Assembly (NCBI RefSeq): GCF_000143415.4
Contig: NW_003314274.1
Location: 2,090,623 to 2,154,622, forward strand
Direction of reading: 5' to 3'
From: Selaginella moellendorffii
Taxonomy: Eukaryota; Plantae; Lycopodiophyta
DNA length: 64,000 bases
Shown: in pieces, positions 38,428 through 52,560 of the stretch
Numbering within the stretch: the first letter of the stretch is position 1
Layout of the letters: each line of letters starts with the position of its first letter
Position numbers and translations under genes: made by a program
Notes under the pieces: model-generated
What the model was told of the DNA's origin: nothing
The model's database searches: none
What the model saw: the letters and a program-made list of their open reading frames with translations, nothing else

Positions 38428-39303
38428 CCCCTCTCGTCTATTTCACGGCGAAAGAAAGAGAGGAGTGCTTGGTCAATTCCCACTTTAAAAGATGGCCTGC
38501 ATTGTCCAAGTTAGAATCTAAGAAGGAACACCTTTTCCCTTACTCTTTACTTGTCGAGAAGTCTGTAGATCAATCCAAAGTCTAGAGCTCCGCAAGTGTT
38601 GATCGATCGGATCTCCATGGTAGACGAGCAGCGGGCAGGATCATCTTAGATTTTTCTTTCCTTGTCTTGCTGTTCTTGGCGAGGATTGATGGGATTCCTT
38701 GAATGCAGGAAGACGAGAGTGTGGCTGGGCACATTCGAGACCGCCGAGGACGCCGCCCGTGCCTACGACGAGGCCGCCAGATTGATGGGAGGCCCCCGGG
38801 CAAGAACGAACTTCCCCTACGATCCCAATGCGCCGCCACATCCATCCTCCTCGACGCTCCTCTCCACGCTCAGCGCCAAGCTCAATCGATGCTTCTCCTC
38901 CTCCTCCTCGTCTTCCTCCTGCTCCACCGATCCCCACAAGAAGGATCCTAGGGTTTCGCAATCCCTGACGTGCTTGCGCCTGGATCCCGAGCAATCCAAC
39001 CTGGGAATCTGGCAGAAGAAATCGGGCAGGCAGCCCGAATCCAACTGGGTGATGAAGGTACACTTTGGAAGCCAGGGCGGCGGTGGCGTGAGCAGCGACA
39101 TTGTTCTTCCCACCGATAATCCCGCGCCGCCACAGCCGATAGAGCACAAGAAGATGAAGAGCGAGGAAGATCTGGCCACCGAGATGATCGAGGAGCTCCT
39201 CAACTTCCCGGATTCCTCTTCGCCGTCGTCGAGCACGAGTTCCTCCGAGGCGAAGAACCCTAATTTTTCTTCCTCCGATCTCCTCCACCATATACTCGTA
39301 TAG
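38241..39303 (+). CDS. SHN: AP2/ERF transcription factor, SHINE/WIN1 (group V) type; exons 38241-38320 and 38709-39303
   Basis: [27 protein letters not shown]|[20 protein letters not shown]; middle motif LSAKLNRC...[18 protein letters not shown]; C-terminal motif [13 protein letters not shown]. Confidence 0.94.
38396..38424 (+). repeat. (CT)n microsatellite in the SHN intron
   Basis: About 14 CT units. Confidence 0.85.
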
Positions 39304-39430
39304 AGGATCGAGCAGCGCTGGGCACACGATCGAGAGAGATCGCCGGGGCTGCTGATCTGGAGAAAATATTTCTTAGATTTAGCTATACTATCGGGGCTAG
39401 AACCCTAATTAATCGTTCTTTGTTCTAGCA

Positions 39431-40089
39431 ATGGAAGCGCGATTCGCGAAGGTTTCTCTCGGATTGTCTGATCTTTTCTTGACCATTTCCTTCGAATCGC
39501 AGCTCCCGAGATTCGTGACAGTGACGATCGAGGTCCCGCGCCGGAGCTTCGTGAAGCGGCGCGTCGATGGATCCGTGGATTTCATCGCGCCGCTGCCCTG
39601 CCCATTCAATTACGGCTCGGTCTCGTCGATCCCAGCTCCCGACGGTAGGGGTAAATCTCCATCGCTTTTGGATCGACTGTTCACGGCAATCCAATCCACA
39701 ATGCAGGTGATCCACTGGACGCCCTTGTTCTTGGCGAAATCCTCCCATACAATGCCGCTACCACGCACCGGGTCGTGGGCGTCGTTCGATTCACCGACGC
39801 TGGATTCACGGACAACAAGCTCGTTTGCGTCCAGGCCGATCGAAATCTCAAGCGCAGGAAGGAGGAGCTCCTCTCAATCTCAATGTGGCGCAAGAAGAAC
39901 TCCAGCGCCGCCGCCAAAGCCATGATCCGAGAATCCATCGACGACGATCATCTCCGGCTCCTCGATTACTGCTCGCTCACCGCCTTCTTCGGAATCTACG
40001 CGATTTTCAAGCGGGGGCTCAATGCAGCCAGGGGCCGTGGCGGCGAGACGGTGTTCCATGGCGTGGAAATCTTCCCTCCATCGCCATAG
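39431..40089 (+). CDS. Atypical family-I inorganic pyrophosphatase-like protein (~181 aa); exons 39431-39451, 39503-39644, 39707-40089
   Basis: TIEVPRRSFVKRR, DFIAPLPCPFNYGSV, D|GDPLDALVLG, RFTDAGFTDNKLVC, FFGIYAIFKRGLN. Exon phases are consistent (546 nt including stop). Confidence 0.85.
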
Positions 40090-40188
40090 CTTCCTCCTCG
40101 CATGACCCGGCACTTGGCGGGATCTCGGCCGTCGGATATTTTAGGGTTTTTCTGTTTTGGTGGCAGCATTCTCTCTGGAGGGGTAGCG

Positions 40189-41186
40189 ATGGCGTCCGCG
40201 ATGACGAGGTTGGGAAGGAGGGGGATTGGCTCCGCGCGATGGAGCTCCATGGCCGTGGCTGGGCAGCAGAGCAGGGCCAGCCACAGCTTCACGCTCCCGG
40301 ATTTGGATTACGACTATGGCGAGCTGGAGCCGGCCATCAGCGGCGAGATTATGAAGCTCCATCACACTAAGCACCACCAGACTTACATCACGAATTTCGT
40401 CAAGGCGCTGGAGCAGCTGGAGCAGGCCGAGAAGGATGGGAATGCCGAGGCAATCGTCAAGCTCCAGGGTGCTATCAATTTCAATGGAGGAGGTAAGCGT
40501 AGCTTCTGGGCACAGGAATCTCACTTTTCCTTACAATCTTCCTTTTGTGTTTTCTTTTTTTTTTTCCTGTCTTTACAGGACATGTGAATCACTCGATCTT
40601 CTGGAAGAACCTGGCGCCCTCAAAAGTAAGCTAGATCTGCTGGGCACAAAACTTTTCTTCTCTTGTGATTTTTAGAGTGGAGGTGGTGAGCCACCAGAGG
40701 GAAAGCTTGCTTCGGCGATCAAGGACGAGTTTGGATCGCTGGAGAAACTTATCGCTAAGATGAATGCGGATGGAGCTGCTCTTCAAGGCTCTGGATGGGT
40801 GGTATGTGTCTTTCTTTTTTCTTTTATCTTTCATGAACTCTATGGCTTGATCAGTGGCTGGGACTGAACAAGGATCTCAAACAGCTTGCTGTGCAGACCA
40901 CTGCGAATCAGGTCTATGACGGCGCGTTGTTTCCAGTCCTAGATTTCTCTAAACTTTTAAAGTTGCAGGACCCTCTTGCGTCGAAAGGTCTTGTGCCTCT
41001 TCTGGGAATTGATGTGTGGGAGCACGCTTATTATCTCCAGGCATGGACTGATGTAAAATCGATTTAGCTTTCTAGCAGTGATGTTTTTTTTTTCAGTACA
41101 AAAATGTCAAGCCGGACTACCTCAAGAACATCTGGAAAGTGATCAACTGGAGCGACGTTTCTAGCAGATACGAGGCAAATTTGTAG
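40189..41186 (+). CDS. MSD1: Mitochondrial Mn superoxide dismutase, 6 exons
   Basis: Arg/Ser-rich presequence, [71 protein letters not shown]. Last intron is GC-AG. Confidence 0.96.
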
Positions 41187-41342
41187 GTTTCTCTTGGTTT
41201 TCCGAGGTTTGTATCATCACACCAAATAAGGAGAGTTTCTTCCACACAAGATGCTAATAGGATATTCGGCGAAGGCTAATTTTTACTTAGTATTCGAACT
41301 CGTGACCTCCTTAGGTACATTTTAGGGTTTTAGAGAGAAGCA

Positions 41343-43022
<1,680 letters not shown>

Positions 43023-43065
43023 GGACATTTTTTTCTTCCTTTATGCTAGCTTTTTCTTACAAAGT

Positions 43066-43440
43066 TTATGTCTCGTCTTGGATAAGCTCCTGGATAAAGC
43101 TAGGATCCACGTCGAGGATTGGGTGAGGTTCGAGCTTACAGCGAGAATAAGATTGGGTGCTGTAGATTGCATCGGAGGGGAAGGAGCGAGCCGTGGGCTG
43201 GCCATTGGGAGCGATAAAGTGGTGTGGAATTTCCTCCAGGCTCCGGCTCTCCAGCTCCAACGCCAGGCGGAGCTCCTTTTGGCGGCGGCGCTCCTCGGCC
43301 ACATCTTTGAGCCTCTGGCGCTGCGCTCGCTCCATGAGCTGTCGCCTCTTTCGCTGCTGCTTTGCCCATTCCCACTTTGTTATGCCGCCAGGAAATGTTC
43401 GAGGGCCCCCGCCCATCATCTCCACCGCCAATGCAGCCAT
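43066..43440 (-). CDS. Small intronless protein homologous to the N-terminal segment of organellar DEAD-box RH33/RH48-type helicases
   Basis: MGGGPRTFPGGITKWEW followed by a charged coiled coil; no helicase domain. Confidence 0.7.
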   Translation of the reverse strand: MAALAVEMMGGGPRTFPGGITKWEWAKQQRKRRQLMERAQRQRLKDVAEERRRQKELRLALELESRSLEEIPHHFIAPNGQPTARSFPSDAIYSTQSYSRCKLEPHPILDVDPSFIQELIQDET

Positions 43441-43629
43441 GGTAGTCAAAACTGGACTTGCTTGTGATTAAGAAATACTAAAAATTTGAATATTCTAACA
43501 AATTTTATCTGGTGTCTAATTAGTGCAACTCTAAGAAATGAAATGAAATATTTAGTTATTTCCTAAAAAACTAAAATAAACTGAATTAATTATTTAAACT
43601 TACTTGGTAAACAATAAAAACAATAATGT

Positions 43630-46400
43630 AATAATAGAGGCTTCTCCCCTTTATTTTATACTTCTTTATGTTTCATTCACTTTTTTCACTTTTGTACCTT
43701 TTTGTCCTTTTATTTTTATCTGTGCTTCCATTACTTTTAGTCCCCCATTATTTCCTCCTATGTTTCTATTGTGTTCTACTTTTCCTTTTTCTAATCCCTC
43801 CGACGATCTTTGTGTTGCAGTGGTGGACTGACTCATGAAGGAGTATTCTGATATTTTTCAATTTGACCTATTGTCTGGGGCCAAGATTGCCACACGTCAT
43901 CCAATTCCAACCGGGGATGCTCGTCTAATCAAAGTTCCCGTTCGTCGTCGGTCACCCAAGGAAATCAAGATTTTACATGCAAATGTCAAGGAGATGTTAG
44001 AGAAGATTGTTATTCAAAAGTCGCAGAGTCCTTGGGCATGTGAACCTCATCTTGTGATGAAGCCTGATAGGAGTATTCGTTTCTGCATCAACTATCATCC
44101 GTTAAACGAAGTGACGATCCTAGATGTGTACCCTCTTTTTCACATTGCTAATCTTTTGGATCGTCTGGGGTAGATTTTGCTTCTGGGTACTGGCAAGTAC
44201 CAATGGCCGAAGACAATATTCCCAAGACTGCTTTTCGTACACCATTTGGTTTGTACAAGTTCTTGGTGATGCCATTTGGTTTGAACAATGCTCTAGCAAC
44301 TTTCCAACGGATGATGGATGAGGTTCTTTGTGATATGCCAGAGGTGACTACTGACTTCATTGATGATGGCTTGATCCACTCAGAAGGGACGTGGGAGGAG
44401 CACGTTTGTGATGTTTGTAAAGTGTTGGATCGGCTACATGACGTTGGTTTAAGCTGAAGCGGTTGAAGTGCGTGTTTGGGTCTAAGGATACAATTTATTT
44501 TGGGTACCGTATTTCTCGTGAGGATTTGCAAGTTGATCTTGACAAACTTATGGCTATTCTAAAGTTCCCTACTCCAAAGTGTGTGAATGATGTGCAATGC
44601 TTCTTGGGCAAGGTGCAGTATCTCGGTCGTTTTGTGGATCATCTTTCTGATCGCACTGCACCATTGCAAGCATTGCTGAAGTCATTAACGTCATCTTTCA
44701 TCTGGTCTCCGGATTGTGAGCGGGTGTTCGGGTCTCAAAGAGCTATTGACAACTCCTCTGGTTTTGGTATATCCTAACTACACTCGACCTTTTATATATG
44801 ATTTTGATGTTGTTAATCGCCTAGGGAGTTCTATGGCTAATGTTGATGCCCTTTCTCGAGCTCTTCTTCCTTCTCCATTCTCTTCTCATGTTTCTGATGA
44901 GCTTATTGTTCCAGCCTCTATGGATTTTCTAGACGAGGATTCTGTGCCGTTGGTGGTTGCTGTACTTGACATTTAGTGTCCATAAGGTGCAGAGCAAGAT
45001 TTACCTTCTCTTGATGAGGTTCGTGAGGCTCAAAAGATTGAGCCGTGGATTCGAAGGCTTCGAGATGGGTTTAAGAATCCTGCATCACTTGCTGATGACT
45101 TGCTTTTCCGGCATTTACATTCTCAATATTGCTTTGAAGATGGCCTTCTTTATTTTGTGGGGATGGATATTAATGATCATTTACGGCCAGTGGTGCCTTT
45201 TATCTTTATTCTGTAGTTTCTCCATGCCTACCATGATTCTCCTATTCTAAGTGGGCATATGGGACATCGTCGTGTAACTGAGAAGCTGCGCAGGTCTTTC
45301 TATTAGCCGGAGATGCGACGTGATATTATTCGGTATATGCGTAGCTGTGTTTGGTGCCAAACTCGTAATACTCCCCCTCGAGCTATGGAAGGACGGTTGG
45401 AGTCAATTGTAGTTTCCCGTCTGTTTGAGTTGGTGGCGTTTGATTTTATGGGACCTTTTCCACGGTCGACTACTGGCAATGAGTATATTATTATTGCTTC
45501 TAACTACTTGACCCGTTGGGTAGAAGTTGGTGCTCTTGCTAGTGCCTCTGCAATTGCTATTGGATACTTCCTCCTTAATCAAGTAGTGTTCCAGCATTCT
45601 TATCAAGAGCGGATTCTTTTGGATAATGGTCCCACATTTATGGCTGAGGCATTTCATGTTTTGACGTCTCGGTTGGGGATACGTCACACTTTCACGAGTG
45701 CTTATCATCCACAATCAGACGGTCTGGTGAAACGGCTCGTTCGGACATTCAAGGGGATGATTGCGAAGTATGTGAACTTTCAGCATTCGGATTGGGATGG
45801 TTATTTGCCGTCTCTTCGGTATGCATATGTCATAGGGGTGCAAAATTCTATTGGTGCTTCACCATATAAACTTCTATATGGTCATGATCCAATATTATCA
45901 ACGGAGTTGGGTTTACCTTCGCGATTGCCATGGGCTGCCGATGCTAGGTCGTGGGATCAGTATTTGGCAAACATCCTTCCACTTGTCCGAGCAGAGTCTG
46001 CCAAACACTTAGGCTGTGTACAAGTGGGACAACAACGGCAGTACAACTCCCATCATCATCCACCTGCGGAGTACAAAGTGGATGATTTGGTATTAGTACA
46101 TTTTCCCCATCTTACGGTACGTGGTTTATCTAAGGGGCTCCTTGTGCAGTGGAAAGGACCGTATTGGGTGTTACGGCAAGTTGGACCACAAGTTTATGAG
46201 GTTTGGCATGACGTCCAGCAGGCAGATCCTCTAGAGATTGTGCATGTGCAGCGGTTGAAACACTTCATAGAAAGGGATCAGGAGTAGTTAATACCACCTA
46301 CAAATCCGCCGATGCCTCCTCTTGACGTTCCTCCATCCCAGCCTATCTATAAGAGAACCCTGATGGTCTTCCATTATTCCGAGAGGAGGGGATGATTATT
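43630..46400 (+). mobile_element. Degenerate Ty3/Gypsy pol: RT, RNase H deleted, zinc finger plus integrase
   Basis: SPWA..LVMKPD..RFCINY, KTAFRTPFGLYKFLVMPFGL, FIDD, GH.GH..C..C, AFDFMGPFP, TSAYHPQSDG, WKGPYWV. PPT-like GAGAGGAGGGGG at ~46381. Confidence 0.92.
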
Positions 46401-46845
46401 CCGATCCCTCCGATGATCTTTGTGTTGCAATGGTGGACCGACTCATGAAGGAGTATGTTGATCTTTTTGAATTTGACCTATCATCTGGGGCTAAAATTGC
46501 CACATATTATCCAATTCTAACCGGGGATGTTCATCCAATCAAGGTTCCCGTTTGTCGTCGGTCACCCGACAAAGAGATCAAGATTTTACGTGCAAATGTC
46601 AAAGAGATGTTGGAGAAGGGTGTTATTCAAAAGTCATGGAGTCCTTGGGCATGTAAACCTCATCTTGTGACAAAGCCTGATAGGAGTCATTTTTGCATTG
46701 ACTATCGTTCGTTAAACAAAGTGACGATCCTATATATATACCCTCTTCCTCATACTGCTGATCTCTTGGATTGTCTAGGGCGAAGTCGTTTGTTCACCAA
46801 GCTAGATCTTGCTTTTGGGTATTGGCAAGTACTGATGGCAAAGAT
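46400..46845 (+). mobile_element. Second, tandem RT 5' fragment of the same Gypsy family
   Basis: Near-copy of 43795-44210; retains SRLFTKLDLAFGYWQV, which is deleted in the first copy. Confidence 0.88.
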
Positions 46846-47689
46846 GATGCAATTGTTGGAAGGCATCATCACAGTTGTTAGCATGTCAGAAGGCGCGTTT
46901 GAAGACATCTGGGAGAACACTCCAATCCTCACGAGTGGCTACGCTCAAACCATTGTACCACTGCAACGTCGTCCCATTGATTGTTTCATGTTTTATATAT
47001 TAAGTGCATGGAATATGGAAATGGAAATTGAGAATTATCTCGAAAACTTTAATTTATATATAGGAGGGAGTGATTCAGATTGAAAACAATCCGACAACTA
47101 TCAAAATCCCACTAGACTAATATTAGTATATGGCATCATAATTATACATTTGGAACTCATATCATCCCCTCATCTTGAAATGATGGAAAATAATTAAAGT
47201 TCTCTAGTGGATATGTTAGGATTTGAAAGAACATCATGAGGAGTTCAATAAAAGGGACTATATTGGGTGTTATAGTAAGTTAAATCACAAGTTTATGAAG
47301 TTTGACATGACGTTTAATAGGTTGATCCTCTAGAAATTATACATATCTAATGGTTAAAATACTTTATTCAAAGGGATTAATAACAACTGACACCATTTAC
47401 AAATCCACTAATGCAGCCCCTTAAACAAATTATATATCGTAAGATTGGGAAAATAGACTAGCACGAAGTCATCCATTTTATACTCTATAGGTAGACAATG
47501 ATAGGAGTTGTAGTGTTGTTGTTGTTTTATTTGTACATGGCCCAAGTGTTTAGTAGATTAATGGAAGAATGTTTGTCAAATATTAATCCCAAAACCTAAC
47601 ATTAGCAACTTATAGCAATTGTGAAGGTAAATTCAACTTTATTAGTAGTATTGGATCATGACTATATAAAAGTTTATATAGTGAAGCAC

Positions 47690-50210
47690 TAATAGAACTC
47701 TACACCCTTATGGTATATACATACTAAAGAGACGGCAAATAACCATCCCAATTCGAATGCTGAAAATTTATGTATTTCGTGATCATCCCTTTGAAGGTTT
47801 GAACAAGTCTTTTCACCTACCTTAACCATAAAAGTGGGACTATTATCTGAAAGAATTCGCTCTAAATAGGAATGTTGGAATACTACTTGTGAAATTGTGG
47901 TGTATCCTCAACCAAGACGTTAAAACGTAAAATGCTTCAACTATAAGAGCGGGACCATTATCTGAAAGAATTCATTCCAGACCAAAATACTAAAGCACCA
48001 CTTGATTAAGGAGGAAGTATTTAATAGCAATTACAAATGCACTGACAAGAGCATTGACTTCCACCTAACGAATCAAGTAATCAGAAGCAATAATGACATA
48101 CTCATTACTAGCAATCAACCGTGGAAAAGGCCCCATTAGATTAAACACCATCAACTTTAACGAACGGGAAATTGCAATTAATATAGCACATGAAGGAGTA
48201 TTACGAGTTTGGCAAATGCAACTATGCACATACCAAATAACATTATGTCACATCTTTGGCCAATGTAAAAACCTTTATAGCTTCTCAGTCACATGACGAT
48301 GTCCCATATGCTTGCCTAGAATAGGAGAATCATGGAAGGCATGGAGAAAACATGAAATAAAGATCAAAGACACCATCAACTATAAATGATCATCAGGATC
48401 AAAACCCACAAAATAAAGAAGATCGTCCTTCAGGCAATTTTGATAATGTAAATGCCAAAATAATAAGTTATTAGTAAGTGATGGAGGATTCTCAAACCTA
48501 TCATAAAGCCCACAACTCAACCTTTTTCAACCTCAAAAGCCTTGTCAAGAGAAGGTAAGTCTTATTTTATATCTTGTGGATACTAAATATCAAGTATAGC
48601 AATTGTCGATAGCACGAAATTCTTGTTAAAAAAATCCACAGATGCTAGAACAATAAGCTTATCAGAAACATGAGAAAAGAATGAAGAAGGAAAAGGAGCT
48701 CGAGAAAGGGCATCAACATTAGCCATATAACTTCCCATATGATAAATAACATTGAAATTATATATCTAAAGTTTCAATGCCCACTGAGCAATATGAACCA
48801 ACCAAGTTCTTTCGCTTCAATAACGAAATAATTATAGTATGATCACCTTTTAATAACATTTGAGAACTATATAGATATGCATGAAGTTTCTCGAAATCCC
48901 AAGTTGCTACTAAGCATTCCTCTATTGTGGAGTAATTCAACTTCGCTGATTGTAATGTGTTGTTGATATATGCAATAAGATAGTGCTAACTAGGCACACT
49001 CGAGCTTGCTTGCATCAACACATTTCCAAGATTGATATTAGAAGCATCTATATGTAAAATGAAAGGTCAAGTGTAATTAAGATATGCCAAAATTAGAAGA
49101 GTTATCAATAGTTCTTTGAGATCTATAAACACCCGCACATAGTCCTTAGACTATATGAAAGACAACATTGACAATTTTAATAATGCTTACCATAGTGCAG
49201 TATGATAAAAAAGATGATCAATGAAATGGCTAAGATATTGCACTTTTCTTAAGAAGCACTACATATCATTCACATATTTGTGAATAGGGAATTTAAGAAC
49301 AGCCATAAGTTTGTCAGGATCAACTTGCAAACCCTTCACGAGAAATATAACACTCAAGATAAATGGTGTCCTTGGATCGAAATGTGTACTTTGATTGCTT
49401 TAGCTTTGAACTTACTTCCCATAACCTATTCAACACCTTACAAATATCACAGATGTGTTCCTCCCACATCCCCTCTAAATGGATCAAGACATTATCAATG
49501 AAATTTAGTAGTCACCTCCAGTATATCGCAAAGAACCTCGTCATCCACTCAAACTAAATGGCATCACTAAAAACTCATACAAATCAAATAGTGTATGAAA
49601 AGTAGTTTGGGAATATTTTCCTCTACCATCAGCACTTGCCAATACTTGGAAGCAAAATCTAACTTGGTGAACTAATGATTTCTCCTGAGATGATCCAAGA
49701 AATTAGTAGTGTGAGGAAGAGGGTACACATCCAAGATAGTTACTTTGTTTGATGGACGATAGTCAATGTAAAAATAAATACTCCCATTAGGTTTACTCAC
49801 AAAATGAGGTTCACATGCCCAAGGACTGTGCAACTTTCAATTTTCCAACATCTCTTTAATGTTTATACGTAAAAATCTTGATCTCTTTTGGTGGCTGACG
49901 ATGAACAAAAACTTTGATTGAATAAGCATCCCCAATTGGAATAGAATGACGTGTTGCAATCTTAGCCCCAAATAATAGGTTAAATTCAAATAGATTGGCA
50001 TACTCTTTCATGAGCTAGTCAACTATTGCAACACAAAGACCATCAAAGGGATCTAAAAAGGGAATAGATTAATAAGATAGAAACATAGGAGGAATAAATG
50101 GGGAGATAAAGGTGATGGAAGTAAAGATAGAAATAAAGGGATAAAGAAAAATAGAAGTGAGAGGAATGGAAAAACTATAAAGAAGTATGAAATAAGAGGG
50201 AGAACCCTTA
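47690..50210 (-). mobile_element. Inverted, more decayed copy of the same Gypsy pol region (retains an RNase H remnant)
   Basis: Reverse complement aligns to ~43630-45850; RNase H remnant NYSTIEECLVATWDFEKLHAYL at 48758-48940. Confidence 0.85.
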
Positions 50211-50484
50211 AAGTCATACTTGGAATGATTGCACCGCAATCAATCTATACCAAGAATGAGGTCAAAAGCTTAACTCGACATTACTCATAATGATTACAAC
50301 TCAAGCTCAAGATCACCTACACACACAACTAGTTCTACCTCATCCTGTGCACATATATGTGCATGGCTGTTACTATAAATAATGAAAACTGACTCTAATA
50401 CATAATACAAATGTAGATGACTATATATGGCAACAAGTTAAGCAATAGGAGATAAACTTGAGCTTATTGTGAGATGTGCCATAT

Positions 50485-50650
50485 TGTAGTGTATCTTATC
50501 TATCTCCCCTTAAGCTAATTGGAAAAAGGGCAATTACTTAATGAGAGAGCCTTTAGTGGCTATTTTATCCCCATTTATCTCCTAAAGTTTCAAAGATCCA
50601 TGGTGACAATATATCCAAATCTCATCCTATGATCATATGCATTACACTCA
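50485..50650 (-). mobile_element. LTR end fragment, family C
   Basis: Matches 59954-60112 and ends ...ACA on the minus strand. Confidence 0.65.
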
Positions 50651-50980
50651 CTCCCCCTTCAGAGATGTCAATGTCCTTATTGACTATTGACTAACAACCC
50701 CTACTGAGCCAAAGGGAACTAACACCTCCATTTCCGCATTAAATCTACCAATCCTTCCATTGTATAGACCATCTATTTTATGTGAGGCAACTAGTCATCC
50801 ACCCGTACTACAATCCTACGGTAGATACCTTTGTCTAGGATGCTCCACAAGAGGAATGACATACTTATGGATACCTAATACGTACAATTTCAAATTTAGG
50901 GGTAGGAATATACCTTGCTTAAGGGTATATTATATTTTTTAAGTAGCCACTAATCAATAGGAATCAAGCCTGTGCCATTT

Positions 50981-52103
50981 GCTCTGATACCATATGTAGC
51001 GCATGTGGTTTTTACCCTTTAACTTATAGTGATTTACCATAGGATAACCACAAAAAAAACTTAAACCCTTTATGTGCCACATGTCACATGCTACGTGTCT
51101 AAAGGATAGTGGTGCAGAACCCAAGTTTCAAGGCCTTGGGCCACTGAATGAAGGAACAAAGCCAAACTCCCAAGTTTGAAGCCAAGGAGCAAAGAAACTG
51201 AAGTATAGAGTGATTCATAAGTGTATACCCCAAGGAGCGAAGGGACAGGAGAATGGAGCAACTTGGAATAGTACTAAAGTATTTAGCATCTCAATGCCAG
51301 GACTAACATGCAAAATGGAGCTAAACGGAGTCTGGCGCTATTCCAGCATATTGATGGCTTAATGTGAGGATATGGGTACTCTACCAACTAGCATGGTATG
51401 AAACTTGGGTTACACCTAAGTTAGACGCAGAACAAGGATAAGTACGCAAGCGAGAGCTACATTATGCCTCAAGTTGGTTGGCCATGCCTAACCTACCCAT
51501 TATCCCTACTATACATTTGGAACCCCCCTCTAAGGAGCACACACTTTGGGCTTTCACCTCAAACCTCCTTTAATATCAGGAGTTAGTTTCTGGGATAAGT
51601 TTAAAACTTATTAAATATGGAATGTCTTTAGATTGCAAATTTGGACATGGGACGAACACTATTGTGTTCAGAAAATCTCTACATTCCGTAGGTATGCAAA
51701 TAAGTAAATCTAGACACTTTCTATAATTAACATTTGGGACCGAAATGAGACTAATACAAAGGGCATGATAACGATGGTGTTTGGCAGACACGGTAAGCTA
51801 TCATCTAGCAATATTAAGAGACCGATCTTAATATGCAAGGGTTCTTGTTAGGCCAGTGCAAGACAGAACAAAAGAGAACTAACAAGCTGGGCCAAATATG
51901 CTTGGCTAAATAGACACTTAAGAATTCCTTCCTTATGCTCGTCTGGCAAAATACAGATGCAAAGTTTAATTTACTAACACTTGAACAGGAGGGACTAATG
52001 GGTCTAGCAATACCGACCTTTTGCTGTCATGGCAGTAAGGAAAGAATATCTGAAAGGACAGACGACAGGTAATTTTCGATACCTGAAGTCATATGTACCA
52101 ACA
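50981..52103 (-). mobile_element. Family A 5' LTR (52103-50995) with tRNA-iMet PBS (TGGTATCAGAGC, 50992-50981)
   Basis: Reverse complement aligns with 52561-53681; TG...CA ends; perfect PBS 2 nt downstream. Confidence 0.85.
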
Positions 52104-52560
52104 TCCCTAAACCGGTGGGCTTAGAAAAGTTTATGAGAGAGCACGGCAATGATCACTTGAATCAATAAACTCATCCCTACTTGATTGATCCACTTATAAT
52201 CATGCATAGAAAGGATCCACTAGTGCTGTGCTAAACAACTATGGACTAGCTTATTTACCACTCATAGCAAACCCAAGGGAAGTTTACTTTCACCCATGGT
52301 ACATGGAATAACTCATGGAACCACTGATAGGCTAATATTAATTCTGTGTGAGACACAAATCCCTAAGCCCAAAGTGGAGCTGAAAGGGTGCCACGTGGTA
52401 GTGGCCGAAGCGAAAGCCAAACGAGCGTAACACGTTTGGACTAAAAGCTCCGACTTGAGGAGTCCAAGATGGAACCAAGATGGAGTTCGAGATGGACCCG
52501 AGATAGAGTCCGAGATGGAGTCCGAGATGGACCGAGATGGAGTCCGAGATGGAGTCCGAG

